This document shows positions 24,401 through 39,400 of a stretch of DNA of 64,000 nt, piece by piece (positions within the stretch are counted from its first letter, which is position 1; every line of letters starts with the position of its first letter). The notes beneath the pieces are model-generated. The model did no database searches. It saw only the letters and a list, made by a program, of their open reading frames with translations, and had not been told where the DNA came from. Made by a program: the position numbers and the translations under genes. Origin of the DNA: Hydrurus foetidus (Eukaryota); NCBI GenBank assembly GCA_900617105.1, contig UYFQ01000315.1, forward strand, positions 62,001 through 126,000, given 5' to 3'.

Positions 24401-27400
24401 GCAGAGGTCGAGGTCGATGCAGAGGTCGAGTTGATAGCAGTCATCGAGGCAGATATCGAGACTGGAGTCGAGGCTGACATCGAAGCAGAGGTCGAAGTAC
24501 AGGTCGATGTCGAGTTGATAGCAGACATCGAGGCAGACATCGAGACTGGAGTCGAGGCTCACATCGAAGCAGAGGTCGAGGTCGATGCAGAGGTCGAGGT
24601 CGATGCAGAGGTCGAGTTGATAGCAGACATCGAGGCAGACATCGAGACTGGAGTCGAGGCTCACATCGAAGCAGAAGCAGAGGTCGAGGTCGATGCAGAG
24701 GTCGAGGTCGATGCAGAGGTCGAGATCGAGTTGATAGCAGACATCGAGGCAGACATCGAGACTGGAGTCGAGGCTGACATCGAAGCAGAGGTCGAGGTCG
24801 AGTCCGATGCAGAGGTCGAGGTCGCTGCAAAGGTCGAGGTCGATGCAGAAGTCAAGTTGATAGCAGACATCGAGGCAGACATCGAGACTGGAGTCGAGGC
24901 TAACATCGAAGCAGAGGTCGATGCAGAGGTCGAGTTGATAGCAGACATCGAGGCAGACATCGAGACTGGAGTCGAGGCTCACATCGAAGCAGAGGTCGAG
25001 GTCGATGCAGAGGTCGAGTTGATAGCAGACATCGAGGCAGACATCGAGACTGGAGTCGAGGCTCACATCGAAGCAGAGGTCGAGGTCGATGCAGAGGTCG
25101 AGGTCGATGCAGAGGTCGAGATCGAGTTGATAGCAGACATCGAGGCAGACATCGAGACTGGAGTCGAGGCTGACATCGAAGCAGAGGTCGAGGTCGATGC
25201 AGAGGTCGAGATCGAGTTGATAGCAGACATCGAGGCAGACATCGAGACTGGAGTCGAGGCTCACATCGAAGCAGAGGTCGAGGTCGATGCAAATGTCGAG
25301 GTCGAAGTCGAGTTGATAGCAGACATCGAGACTGGAGTCGAGGCTCACATCGAAGCAGAAGTTGAAGAAGAGGTCGAGGTCGATGCAGAGGTCGAGGTCG
25401 ATGCAGAGGTCGAGTTGATAGCAGACATCGAGGCAGACATCGAGACTGGAGTCGAGGCTGACATCGAAGCAGAGGTCGATGCAGAGGTTAAGTTGATAGC
25501 AGACATCAAGGCAGACATCGAGACTGGAGTCGAGGCTGACATCGAAGCAGAGGTCGAGGTCGATACAGAGGTCGAGGTCGATGCAGAGGTCGAGTTGATA
25601 GCAGACATCGAGGCAGACATCGAGACTGGAGTCGAGGCTCACATCAAAATAGAAGCAGAGGTCGAGGTCGATGCAGAGGTCGAGGTCGATGCAGAGGTCG
25701 AAGTCGAGTTGATAGCAGATATCGAGGCAGACATCGAGACTGGAGTCGAGGCTCACATCGAAGCAGAGGTCGAGGTCGATGCAAAGCTCGAGGTCAATGC
25801 AGAGGTCGAGGTCGATACAGAGCTTGAGGTCGATGCAGAGGTCGAGTTGATAGTAGACATCGAGGCAGACATCGAGACTGGAGTCGAGGCTCACATCGAA
25901 GCAGAAGAAGAAGCAGAGGTCGAGGTCGATGCAGAGGTCGAGGTCGATGCAGAGGTCGAAGTCGAGTTGATAACAGACATCGAGGCAGACATCGAGACTG
26001 GAGTCGAGGCTGACATCGAAGCAGAGGTCAAGGTTGAGTTTGAAATAGAGTTGATAGCAGACATCGAGGCAGACATCGAGGCAGACATCGAGACTGGAGT
26101 CGAGGCTCACATCGAAGTAGAAGAAGAGGTCGAGGTCGATGCAGAGGTCGAGGTCGATGCAGAGGTCGAGTTTTATTTGATAGCAGACATCGAGGCAGAC
26201 ATCGAGACTGGAGTCGAGGCTGACATCGAAGCAGAGGTCGATGCAGAGGTCGAGATCGAGTTGATAGCAGACATCGAGGCAGACATCGAGACTGGAGTCG
26301 AGGCTCACATCGAAGCAGAGGTCGAGGTCGATGCAGAGGTCGAGGTCGATGCAGAGGTCGAGTTGATAGCAGACATCGAGGCAGACATCGAGACTGGAGT
26401 CGAGGCTCACATCGAAATAGAAGCAGAGGTCGAGGTCGATGCAGAGGTCGATGCAGAGGTCGAAGTCGAGTTGATAGCAAATATCGAGGCAGACATCGAG
26501 ACTGGAGTCGAGGCTCACATCGAAGCAGAGGTCGAGGCAGAGGTCGAGGTCGAGGTCAATGCAGAGGTCGAGGTCGATACAGAGCTTGAGGTCGATGCAG
26601 AGGTCGAGTTGATAGTAGACATCGAGGCAGACATCGAGACTGGAGTCGAGGCTCACATCAAAATAGAAGCAGAGGTTGAGGTCGATGCAGAGGTCGAGGT
26701 CGATGCAGAGGTCGAGGTCGATGCAGAGGTCGAGTTGATAGCAGACATCGAGGCAGACATCGAGACTGGAGTCGAGGCTCACATCGAAGCAGAAGCAGAG
26801 GTCGAGGTCGATGCAGAGGTCGAGGTCGATGCAGAGGTCGAGTCGAGTTGATAGCAGACATCGAGGCAGACATCGAGACTGGAGTCGAGGCTCACATCGA
26901 AGTAGAAGAAGAGGTCGAGTCCGATGCAGAGGTCGAGGTCGATGCAGAGGTCGAGTTGATAGCAGACATCGAGGCAGACATCGAGAGTCGAGGCTCACAT
27001 CGAAGCAGAGGTCGAGGTCGAGGCAGAGGCGGAGGTGGAGGTCGAAGTCGAGTTGATAGCAGACATCGAGGCAGACATCGAGACTGGAGTCGAGGCTCAC
27101 ATCGAAGCAGAGGTCGAGGTAGATGAAGATGTCGAGGTCGAGGTCGATGCAGAGGTCGAGTTGATAGCAGACATCGAGGCAGACATCGAGACTGGAGTCG
27201 AGGCTCACATCGAAGCAGAGGTCGAGGTCGATGCAGAGGTCGAGTTGATAGCAGACATCGAGGCAGACATCGAGACTGGAGTCGAGGCTGACATCGAAGC
27301 AGAGGTCGAGGTCGATGCAGAGGTCGAGGTCGATGCAGAGGTCGAGTTGATAGCAGACATCGAGGCAGACATCGAGACTGGAGTCGAGGCTCGCATCGAA

Positions 27401-30400
27401 GCAGAAGAAGAAGAAGAGGTCGAGGTTGATGCAAAGGTCGAGGTCGAAGTCGGGTTGATAGCAGACATCGAGGCAGACATCGAGACTGGAGTCGAGGCTC
27501 ACATCGAAGCAGAGTTCGAAGTTCTTTTTAAGGTCGAGTTGATAACAGTCATCGAGGCAGACATCGAGACTGGAGTCGAGGCTCACATCGAAGTAGAAGC
27601 AGAGGTCGATGTTGTTGCAAAGGTCGAGGTCGATGCAGAGGTCGAGTTGATAGCAGACATCGAGACTGGAGTCGAGGCTCACATCGAAGTAGAAGCAGAG
27701 GTCGAGGCAGAGGCGGAGGTGGAGGTCGATGCAGAGGTCGAGTTCGACTTGATAGCAGACATCGAGGCAGACATCGAGACTGGAGTCGAGGCTCACATCG
27801 AAGCAGATGTAGAAGCAGAGGTCGAGGTCGATGCAAATGTCGAGGTCGATGCAGAGGTCGAGTTGATAGCAGACATCGAGGCAGACATCGAGACTGGAGT
27901 CGAGGCTCACATCGAAGCAGAGGTCGAAGTTCTTTTTAAGGTCGAGTTGATAACAGACATCGAGGCAGACATCGAGACTGGAGTCGAGGCTCACATTGAA
28001 GTAGAAGAAGAGGTCGAGTCCGATGCAGAGGTCGAGGTCGATGCAGAGGTCGAGTTGATAGCAGACATCGAGACTGGAGTCGAGGCTCACATCGAAGTAG
28101 AAGCAGAGGTCGAGGCAGAGGCGGAGGTGGAGGTCGATGCAGAGGTCGAGTTGATAGCAGACATCGAGGCAGACATCGAGACTGGAGTCGAGGCTCACAT
28201 CGAAGCAGATGTAGAAGCAGAGGTCGAGGTCGATGCAGAGGTCGAGGTCGATGCAGAGGTCGAGATCGAGTTGATAGCAGACATCGAGGCAGACATCGAG
28301 ACTGGAGTCGAGGCTCACATCGAAGCAGAGGTCGAGGTCGATGCAGAGGTCGAGTTGATAGCAGACATCGAGGCAGACATCGAGACTGGAGTCGAGGCTC
28401 ACATCGAAGCAGAGGTCGAGGTCGATGCAGAGGTCGAGGTCGATGCAGAGGTCGAGTTGATAGCAGACATCGAGGCAGACATCGAGACTGGAGTCGAGGC
28501 TCACATCGAAGCAGAGGTCGAAGTACAGGTCGAGGTCGATGCAGAGGTCGAGTTGATAGCAGACATCGAGGCAGACATCGAGACTGGAGTCGAGGCTCAC
28601 ATCGAAGCAGAGGTCGAGGTCGATGCAGAGGTCGAGGTCGATGCAGAGGTCGAGTTGATAGCAGACATCGAGGCAGACATCGAGACTGGAGTCGAGGCTC
28701 ACATCGAAGTAGAAGCAGAGGTCGAGTCGATGCAGAGGTCGAGGTCGATGCAGAGGTCGAGTTCGATATCGAGGCAGACATCGAGACTGGAGTCGAGGCT
28801 CACATCGAAGCAGAGGTCGAGGTCGAGGCAGAGGTCGAGGTCGATGCAGAGGTCGAGGTCGAGTCGAGTTGATAGCAGACATCGAGGCAGACATCGAGAC
28901 TGGAGTCGAGGCTGACATCGAAGCAGAGGTCGAGGTCGATGAAGAGGTCGAGGTCGAGGTCGATGCAGAGGTCGAGTTGATAGCAGACATCGAGGCAGAC
29001 ATCGAGACTGGAGTCGAGGCTCACATCGAAGCAGAGGTCGAGGTCGATGCAGAGGTCGAGGTCGAGGTCGATGCAGAGGTCGAGTTGATAGCAGACATCG
29101 AGGCAGACATCGAGACTGGAGTCGAGGCTGACATCGAAGCAGAGGTCGAAGTACAGGTCGAGGTCGATGCAGAGGTCGAGTTGATAGCAGACATCGAGGC
29201 AGACATCGAGACTGGAGTCGAGGCTCACATCGAAGCAGAGGTCGAGGTCGATGCAGAGGTCGAGGTCGATGCAGAGGTCGAGTTGATAGCAGACATCGAG
29301 GCAGACATCGAGACTGGAGTCGAGGCTCACATCGAAGTAGAAGAAGAGGTCGAGGTCGATGCAGAGGTCGAGGTCGATGCAGAGGTCGAGTTGATAGCAG
29401 ACATCGAGACTGGAGTTGAAGCTCACATCGAAGCAGAGGTCGAGGTCGAGGCAGAGGCGGAGGTGGAGGTCGAAGTCGAGTTGATAGCAGACATCGAGGC
29501 AGACATCGAGACTGGAGTCGAGGTTGACATCGAAGCAGAGGTCGAGGTAGATGAAGATGTCGAGGTCGAGGTCAATGCAGAGGTCGAGTTGATAGCAGAC
29601 ATCGAGACTGGAGTCGAGGCTCACATCGAAGTAGAAGCAGAGGTCGAGGTTGTTGCAAAGGTCGAGGTCGATCCAGAGGTCGAGTTGATAGCAGTCATCG
29701 AGGCAGACATCGAGACTGGAGTCGAGGCTTACATCGAAATAGAAGCAGAGGTCGAGGACGATGCAAAGGTCGAGGTCGATGCAGAGGTCGAAGTCGAGTT
29801 GATAGCAGACATCGAGGCAGACATCGAGACTGGAGTCGAGGCTCACATCGAAGCAGATGTAGAAGCAGAGGTCGAGGTCGAAGTACAGGTCGAGTCGAGT
29901 TGATAGCAGACATCGAGGCAGACATCGAGACTGGAGTCGAGGCTCACATCGAAGCAGAGGTCAAAGTACAGGTCGATGTCGAGTTGATAGCAGACATCGA
30001 GGCAGACATCGAGACTGGAGTCGAGGCTCACATCGAAGCAGAGGTCGAATTTCTTTTTAAGGTCGAGTTGATAACAGTCATCGAGGCAGACATCGAGACT
30101 GGAGTCGAGGCTCACATCGAAGTAGAAGAAGAGGTCGAGGTCGATGCAGAGGTCGAGGTCGATGCAGAGGTCGAGTCGCAGACATCGAGACTGGAGTCGA
30201 GGCTCACATCGAAGCAGAGGTCGAGGTCGAGGCAGAGGCGGAGGTGGAGGTCGATGCAGAGGTCGAGTTGATAGCAGACATCGAGGCAGACATCGAGACT
30301 GGAGTCGAGGCTCACATCGAAGCAGAAGAAGCAGAGGTCGAGGTCGATGCAGAGGTCGAGGTCGATGCAGAGGTCGAGTTGATAGCAGACATCGAGGCAG

Positions 30401-33400
30401 ACATCGAGACTGGAGTCGAGGCTCACATCGAAATAGAAGCAGAGGTCGAGGTCGATGCAGAGGTCGAGGTCGATGCAGAGGTCGAGGTCGAGTCGAGTTG
30501 ATAGCAGACATCGAGGCAGACATCGAGACTGGAGTCGAGGCTCACATCGAAGCAGATGTAGAAGCAGAGGTCGAGGTCGATGCAGAGGTCGAGATCGAGT
30601 TGATAGCAGACATCGAGGCAGACATCGAGACTGGAGTCGAGGCTCACATCGAAGCAGAGGTCAAAGTACAGGTCGATGTCGAGTTGATAGCAGACATCGA
30701 GGCAGACATCGAGACTGGAGTCGAGGCTCACATCGAAGCAGAGGTCGAATTTCTTTTTTAGGTCGAGTTGAGAACAGTCATCGAGGCAGACATCGAGACT
30801 GGAGTCGAGGCTCACATCGAAGTAGAAGAAGAGGTCGAGTCCGATGCAGAGGTCGAGGTCGATGCAGAGGTCGAGTTGATAGCAGACATCGAGACTGGAG
30901 TTGAAGCTCACATCGAAGCAGAGGTCGAGGTCGAGGCAGAGGCGGAGGTGGAGGTCGAAGTCGAGTTGATAGCAGACATCGAGGCAGACATCGAGACTGG
31001 AGTCGAGGCATACATCGAAGCAGAGGTCGAGGTAAATGAAGATGTCGAGGTCGAGGTCGATGCAGAGGTCGAGTTGATAGCAGACATCGAGGCAGACATC
31101 GAGACTGGAGTCGAGGCTGACATCGAAGCAGAGGTCGAGGTCGATGAAAAGGTCGAGGTCGAGGTCGATGCAGAGGTCGAGTTGATAGCAGACATCGAGG
31201 CAGACATCGAGACTGGAGTCGAGGCTCACATCGAAGCAGAGGTCGAAGTAGAGGTCGAGGTCGATGCAGAGGTCGAGTTGATAGCAGACATCGAGGCAGA
31301 CATCGAGACTGGAGTCGAGGCTCACATCGAAGCAGAGGTCGAGGTCGATGCAGAGGTTGAGGTCGATGCAGAGGTCGAGTTGATAGCAGACATCGAGGCA
31401 GACATCGAGACTGGAGTCGAGGCTGACATCGAAGTAGAAGAAGAAGTCGAGTCCGATGCAGAGGTCGAGGTCGATGCAGAGGTCGAGTTGATAGCAGACA
31501 TCGAGACTGGAGTTGAAGCTCACATCGAAGCAGAGGTCGAGGTCGAGGCAGAGGCGGAGGTGGAGGTCGAAGTCGAGTTGATAGCAGACATCGAGGCAGA
31601 CATCGAGACTGGAGTCGAGGCTGACATCGAAGCAGAGGTCGAGGTAGATGAAGATGTCGAGGTCGAGGTCGATGCAGAGGTCGAGTTGATAGCAGACATC
31701 GAGGCAGACATCGAGACTGGAGTCGAGGCTCACATCGAAGTAGAAGCAGAGGTCGAGGTCGATGCAGAGGTCGAGGTCGATGCAGAGGTCGAGTTGATAG
31801 CAGACATCGAGGCAGACATCGAGACTGGAGTCGAGGCTCACATCGAAATAGAAGCAGAGGTCGAGGACGATGCAGAGGTCGAGGTCGATGCAGAGGTCGA
31901 AGTCGAGTTGATAGCAGACATCGAGGCAGACATCGAGACTGGAGTCGAGGCTCACATCGAAGCAGATGTAGAAGCAGAGGTCGAGGTCGAAGTACAGGTC
32001 GAGATCGAGTTGATAGCAGACATCGAGGCAGACATCGAGACTGGAGTCGAGGCTCACATCGAAGCAGAGGTCAAAGTACAGGTCGATGTCGAGTTGATAG
32101 CAGACATCGAGGCAGACATCGAGACTGGAGTCGAGGCTCACATCGAAGCAGAGGTCGAATTTCTTTTTAAGGTCGAGTTGATAACAGTCATCGAGGCAGA
32201 CATCGAGACTGGAGTCGAGGCTCACATTGAAGTAGAAGAAGAGGTCGAGTCCGATGCAGAGGTCGAGGTCGATGCAGAGGTCGACTTGGTAGCAGACATC
32301 GAGACTGGAGTCGAGGCTCACATCGAAGCAGAGGTCGAGGTCGAGGCAGAGGCGGAGGTGGAGGTCGATGCAGAGGTCGAGTTGATAGCAGACATCGAGG
32401 CAGACATCGAGACTGGAGTCGAGGCTCACATCGAAGTAGAAGCAGAGGTCGAGGTTGTTGCAAAGGTCGAGGTCGATCCAGAGGTCGAGTTGATAGCAGT
32501 CATCGAGGCAGACATCGAGACTGGAGTCGAGGCTTACATCGAAATAGAAGCAGAGGTCGAGGACGATGCAAAGGTCGAGGTCGATGCAGAGGTCGAAGTC
32601 GAGTTGATAGCAGACATCGAGGCAGACATCGAGACTGGAGTCGAGGCTCACATCGAAGCAGATGTAGAAGCAGAGGTCGAGGTCGATGCAGAGGTCGAGA
32701 TCGAGTTGATAGCAGACATCGAGGCAGACATCGAGACTGGAGTCGAGGCTCACATCGAAGCAGAGGTCAAAGTACAGGTCGATGTCGAGTTGATAGCAGA
32801 CATCGAGGCAGACATCGAGACTGGAGTCGAGGCTCACATCGAAGCAGAGGTCGAGGTCGATGCAGAGGTCGAGTTGATAGCAGACATCGAGGCAGACATC
32901 GAGACTGGAGTCGAGGCTCACATTGAAGTAGAAGAAGAGGTCGAGTCCGATGCAGAGGTCGAGGTCGATGCAGAGGTCGAGTTGATAGCAGACATCGAGA
33001 CTGGAGTCGAGGCTCACATCGAAGCAGAGGTCGAGGTCGAGGCAGAGGCGGAGGTGGAGGTCGATGCAGAGGTCGAGTTGATAGCAGACATCGAGGCAGA
33101 CATCGAGACTGGAGTCGAGGCTCACATCGAAGCAGAAGAAGAGGTCGAGGTCGATGCAGAGGTCGAGGTCGATGCAGAGGTCGAGTTGATAGCAGACATC
33201 GAGGCAGACATCGAGACTGGAGTCGAGGCTCACATCGAAGCAGAGGTCGAGGTCGATGCAGAGGTCGAGTTGATAGCAGACATCGAGGCAGACATCGAGA
33301 CTGGAGTCGAGGCTCACATCGAAGCAGAGGTCGAGGTCGATGCAGAGGTCGAGGTCGATGCAGAGGTCGAGGTCGATGCAGAGGTCGAGTTGATAGCAGA

Positions 33401-36400
33401 CATCGAGGCAGACATCGAGACTGGAGTCGAGGCTCACATCGAAGCAGAGGTCGAAGCAGAGGTCGAGGTCGATGCAGAGGTCGAGTTGATAGCAGACATC
33501 GAGGCAGACATCGAGACTGGAGTCGAGGCTCACATCGAAGCAGAGGTCGAAGTACAGGTCGATGTCGAGTTGATAGCAGACATCGAGGCAGACATCGAGA
33601 CTGGAGTCGAGGCTCACATCGAAGCAGATGTAGAAGCAGAGGTCGAGGTCGATGCAGAGGTCGAGATCGAGTTGATAGCAGACATCGAGGCAGACATCGA
33701 GACTGGAGTCGAGGCTCACATCGAAGCAGAGGTCAAAGTACAGGTCGATGTCGAGTTGATAGCAGACATCGAGGCAGACATCGAGACTGGAGTCGAGGCT
33801 CACATTGAAGTAGAAGAAGAGGTCGAGTCCGATGCAGAGGTCGAGGTCGATGCAGAGGTCGAGTTGATAGCAGACATCGAGAGACATCGAGACTGTCGAG
33901 GCTCACATCGAAGCAGAGGTCGAGGTCGAGGCAGAGGCGGAGGTGGAGGTCGATGCAGAGGTCGAGTTGATAGCAGACATCGAGGCAGACATCGAGACTG
34001 GAGTCGAGGCTCACATCGAAGCAGAGGTAGAAGCAGAGGTCGAGGTCGATGCAGAGGTCGAGATCGAGTTGATAGCAGACATCGAGGCAGACATCGAGAC
34101 TGGAGTCGAGGCTCACATCGAAGCAGAGGTCGAAGTACAGGTCGATGTCGAGTTGATAGCAGACATCGAGGCAGACATCGAGACTGGAGTCGAGGCTCAC
34201 ATCGAAGTAGAAGCAGAGGTCGAGGTCGATGCAGAGGTCGAGGTCGATGCAGAGGTCGAGTTGATAGCAGACATCGAGGCAGACATCGAGACTGGAGTCG
34301 AGGCTCACATCGAAGCAGAGGTCGAGGTCGAGGCAGAGGCGGAGGTGGAGGTCGATGCAGAGGTCGAGTTGATAGCAGACATCGAGGCAGACATCGAGAC
34401 TGGAGTCGAGGCTCACATCGAAGCAGATGTAGAAGCAGAGGTCGAGGTCGATGCAGAGGTCGAGGTCGATGCAGAGGTCGAGTTGATAGCAGACATCGAG
34501 GCAGACATCGAGACTGGAGTCGAGGCTCACATCGAAGCAGAGGTCGAGGTCGATGCAGAGGTCGAGTTGATAGCAGACATCGAGGCAGACATCGAGACTG
34601 GAGTCGAGGCTCACATCGAAGCAGAGGTCGAGGTCGATGCAGAGGTCGAGGTCGATGCAGAGGTCGAGTTGATAGCAGACATCGAGTTGATAGCAGACAT
34701 CGAGGCAGACATCGAGACTGGAGTCGAGGCTCACATCGAAGCAGAGGTCGAGGTCGATGCAGAGGTCGAGTTGATAGCAGACATCGAGGCAGACATCGAG
34801 ACTGGAGTCGAGGCTCACATCGAAGCAGAGGTCGAGGTCGAGCAGAGGTCGAGGTCGATGCAGAGGTCGAGTTGATAGCAGACATCGAGGCAGACATCGA
34901 GACTGGAGTCGAGGCTCACATCGAAGCAGAAGGTCGAGGTCGATGCAGAGGTCGAGGTCGATGCAGACGTCGAGTTGATAGCAGACATCGAGACTGGAGT
35001 CGAGGCTCACATCGAAGCAGAGGTCGAGGTCGAGGCAGAGGTCGAGGTCGAAGTCGAGTTGATAGCAGACATCGAGGCAGACATCGAGACTGGAGTCGAG
35101 GCTCACATCGAAGCAGAGGTCGAGGTCGATGCAGAGGTCGAGGTCGATGCAGAGGTCGAGTTGATAGCAGACATCGAGAGACATCGAGACTGGAGTCGAG
35201 GCTCACATCGAAGCAGAAGCAGAGGTCGAGGTCGATGCAGAGGTCGAGGTCGATGCAGAGGTCGAGTTGATAGCAGACATCGAGGCAGACATCGAGACTG
35301 GAGTCGAGGCTCACATCGAAGCAGAAGCAGAGGTCGAGGTCGATGCAGAGGTCGAGGTCGATGCAGAGGTCGAGTTGATAGCAGACATCGAGGCAGACAT
35401 CGAGACTGGAGTCGAGGCTCACATCGAAGCAGATGTCGAAGCAGAGGTCGAGGTCGATGCAGAGGTCGAGATCGAGTTGATAGCAGACATCGAGGCAGAC
35501 ATCGAGACTGGAGTCGAGGCTCACATCGAAGCAGAGGTCGAAGTACAGGTCGATGTCGAGTTGATAGCAGACATCGAGGCAGACATCGAGACTGGAGTCG
35601 AGGCTCACATCGAAGCAGAGGTCGAGGTCGATGCAGAGGTCGAGATCGAGTTGATAGCAGACATCGAGGCAGACATCGAGACTGGAGTCGAGGCTCACAT
35701 CGAAGCAGAGGTCGAAGTACAGAGGTCGAAGTCGAGTTGATAGCAGACATCGAGGCAGACATCGAGACTGGAGTCGAGGCTCACATCGAAGCAGAGGTCA
35801 AAGTACAGGTCGAGGTCGAGTTGATAGCAGACATCGAGGCAGACATCGAGACTGGAGTCGAGGCTCACATCGAAGCAGATGTAGAAGCAGAGGTCGAGGT
35901 CGATGCAGAGGTCGAGGTCGAGTTGATAGCAGACATCGAGGCAGACATCGAGACTGGAGTCGAGGCTCACATCGAAGCAGAGGTCAAAGTACAGGTCGAT
36001 GTCGAGTTGATAGCAGACATCGAGGCAGACATCGAGACTGGAGTCGAGGCTCACATCGAAGCAGAGGTCGAGGTCGATGCAGAGGTCGAGTTGATAGCAG
36101 ACATCGAGGCAGACATCGAGACTGGAGTCGAGGCTCACATCGAAGCAGAGGTCGAGGTCGATGCAGACGTCGAGGTCGATGCAGAGGTCGAGGTCGAGGT
36201 CGATGCAGAGGTCGAAGTACAGGTCGAGGTCGAGTTGATAGCAGACATCGAGGCAGACATCGAGACTGGAGTCGAGACTCACATCGAAGCAGATGTAGAA
36301 GCAGAGGTCGAGGTCGATGCAGAGGTCGAGATCGAGTTGATAGCAGACATCGAGGCAGACATCGAGACTGGAGTCGAGGCTCACATCGAAGCAGAGGTCG

Positions 36401-39400
36401 AGGTCGATGCAGAGGTCGAGGTCGAGGTCGAAGTCGAGTTGATAGCAGACATCGAGGCAGACATCGAGACTGGAGTCGAGGCTCACATCGAAGCAGAGGT
36501 CGAGGTCGATGCAGAGGTCGAGTTGATAGCAGACATCGAGGCAGACATCGAGACTGGAGTCGAGGCTCACATCGAAGCAGAGGTCGAGGTCGATGCAGAG
36601 GTCGAGGTCGATGCAGAGGTCGAGGTCGAGGTCGATGCGAGAGAGGTCGAAGTACAGGTCGAGGTCGAGTTGATAGCAGACATCGAGGCAGACATCGAGA
36701 CTGGAGTCGAGGCTCACATCGAAGCAGAGGTCGAGGTCGAGGTCGAGCAGATCGAGAGAGTTGATAGCAGACATCGAGGCAGACATCGAGACTGGAGTCG
36801 AGGCTCACATCGAAGCAGAGGTCGAAGTACAGGTCGATGTCGAGTTGATAGCAGACATCGAGGCAGACATCGAGACTGGAGTCGAGGCTCACATCGAAGC
36901 AGATGTAGAAGCAGAGGTCGAGGTCGATGCAGAGGTCGAGATCGATTTGATAGCAGACATCGAGGCAGACATCGAGACTGGAGTCGAGGCTCACATCGAA
37001 GCAGATGTAGAAGCAGAGGTCGAGGTCGAGGTCGATGCAGAGGTCGAGATCAAGTTGATAGCAGACATCGAGGCAGACATCGAGACTGGAGTCGAGGCTC
37101 ACATCGAAGTAGAAGTCGAGGTCGATGCAGAGGTCGAGTTGATAGCAGACATCGAGGCAGACATCGAGACTGGAGTCGAGGCTGACATCGAAGCAGAGGT
37201 CGAGGTCGATGCAGAGGTCGAGGTCGATGCAGAGGTCAAGGTCGATGCAAAGGTCGAGTTGATAGCAGACATCGAGGCAGACATCGAGACTGGAGTCGAG
37301 GCTCACATCGAAGCAGATGTTAAAGCAGAGGTCGAGGTCGATGCAGAGGTCGAGGTCGAAATCGAGTTGATAGCAGACATCGAGGCAGACATCGAGACTG
37401 GAGTCGAGGCTCACATCGAAGCAGAGGTCGAGGTCGATGCAGAGGTCGAAGTCGAGTTGATAGCAGACATCGAGGCAGACATCGAGACTCACATCGAAGC
37501 AGATGTAGAAGCAGAGGTCGAGGTCGATGCAGACGTCGAGGTCGATGAAGAGGTCGAGGTCGATGCAGAGGTCGAGTTTATAGCAGACATCGAGGCAGAC
37601 ATCGAGACTGGAGTCGAAGCTCACATCGAAGCAGATGTAGAAGCAGAGGTCGAGGTCGAAGTCGGGTTGATAACGACATCGAGGCAGACATCGAGACTGG
37701 AGTCGAGGCTTACATCGAAGTAGAAGCAGAGGTCGTGGTTGAGATCGAAATAGAGTTGGTAGCAGACATCAAGGCAGACATCGAGACTGGAGTCGAGGCT
37801 TACATCGAAGTAGAAGAAGAGGTCGAGGTCAATGCAAAGGTCGAGGTCGATGCAGAGGTCGAGTTGATAGCAGACATCGAGGCAGACATCGAGACTGGAG
37901 TCGAGGCTGACATCGAAGCAGAGGTCGAAGTACAGGTCGAGGTCGATGCAGAGGTCGAAGTCGAGTTGATAGCAGACATCGAGGCAGACATCGAGACTGG
38001 AGTCGAGGCTGACATCGAAGCAGAGGTCGAGGTCGATACAGAGGTCGAGGTCGATGCAGAGGTCGAAGTAGAGGTCGAAGTCGAGTTGATAGCAGACATC
38101 GAGGCAGACATCGAGACTGGAGTCGAGGCTCACATCGAAGCAGATGTAGAAGCAGAGGTCGAGGTCGAAGTCGGGTTGATAACGACATCGAGGCAGACAT
38201 CGAGACTCGAGTCGAGGCTTACATCGAAGTAGAAGCAGAGGTCGAGGTTGAGATCGAAATAGAGTTGGTAGCAGACATCAAGGCAGACATCGAGACTGGA
38301 GTCGAGGCTTACATCGAAGTAGAAGCAGAGGTCGAGGTCGATGCAGAGGTCGAGGTCGATGCAGAGGTCGAGTTGATAGCAGACATCGAGGCAGACATCG
38401 AGACTGGAGTCGAGGCTGACATCGAAGCAGAGGTCGAAGTACAGGTCGAGGTCGATGCAAAGGTCGAAGTCGAGTTGATAGCAGACATCGAGGCAGACAT
38501 CGAGACTGGAGTCGAGGCTCACATCGAAGCAGAGGTCGAGGTCGATGCAGAGGCGGAGGTCGAGGTCGATGCAGAGGTCGAGTTGATAGAAGACATCGAG
38601 GCAGACATCGAGACTGGAGTCGAAGCTCACATCGAAGCAGAGGTCGAGGTCGAGGCGAGAGGTCGAGGTCGAGCAGTCGAGGTCGAGCAGAGGTCGAGAT
38701 CGAGTTGATAGCAGACATCGAGGCAGACATCGAGACTGGAGTCGAGGCTCACATCGAAGCAGAGGTCGAAGTCGAGGTCGAGGTCGATGCAGAGGTCGAG
38801 ATCGAGTTGATAGCAGACATCGAGGCAGACATCGAGACTGGAGTCGAGGCTCACATCGAAGCAGAGGTCGAGGTCGAGGTCGATGCAGAGGTCGAGGTCG
38901 AGGTCGATGCAGAGGTCGAGTTGATAGCAGACATCGAGGCAGACATCGAGACTGGAGTCGAGGCTCACATCGAAGCAGAGGTCGAGGTCGATGCAGAGGT
39001 CGAGGTCGATGCAGAGGTCGAGTTGATAGCAGACATCGAGGCAGACATCGAGACTGGAGTCGAGGCTCACATCGAAGCAGAGGTCGAGGTCGATGCAGAG
39101 GTCGAGGTCGATGCAGAGGTCGAGTTGATAGCAGACATCGAGGCAGACATCGAGACTGGAGTCGAGACTCACATCGAAGCAGATGTAGAAGAAGAGGTCG
39201 AGGTCGATGCAGAGGTCGAGGTCGATGCAGAGGTCGAGTTGATAGCAGACATCGAGGCAGACATCGAGACTGGAGTCGAGGCTCACATCGAAGCAGAGGT
39301 CGAGGTCGATGCAGAGGTCGAGGTCGATGCAGAGGTCGAGTTGATAGCAGACATCGAGGCAGACATCGAGACTGGAGTCGAGGCTCACATCGAAGCAGAG

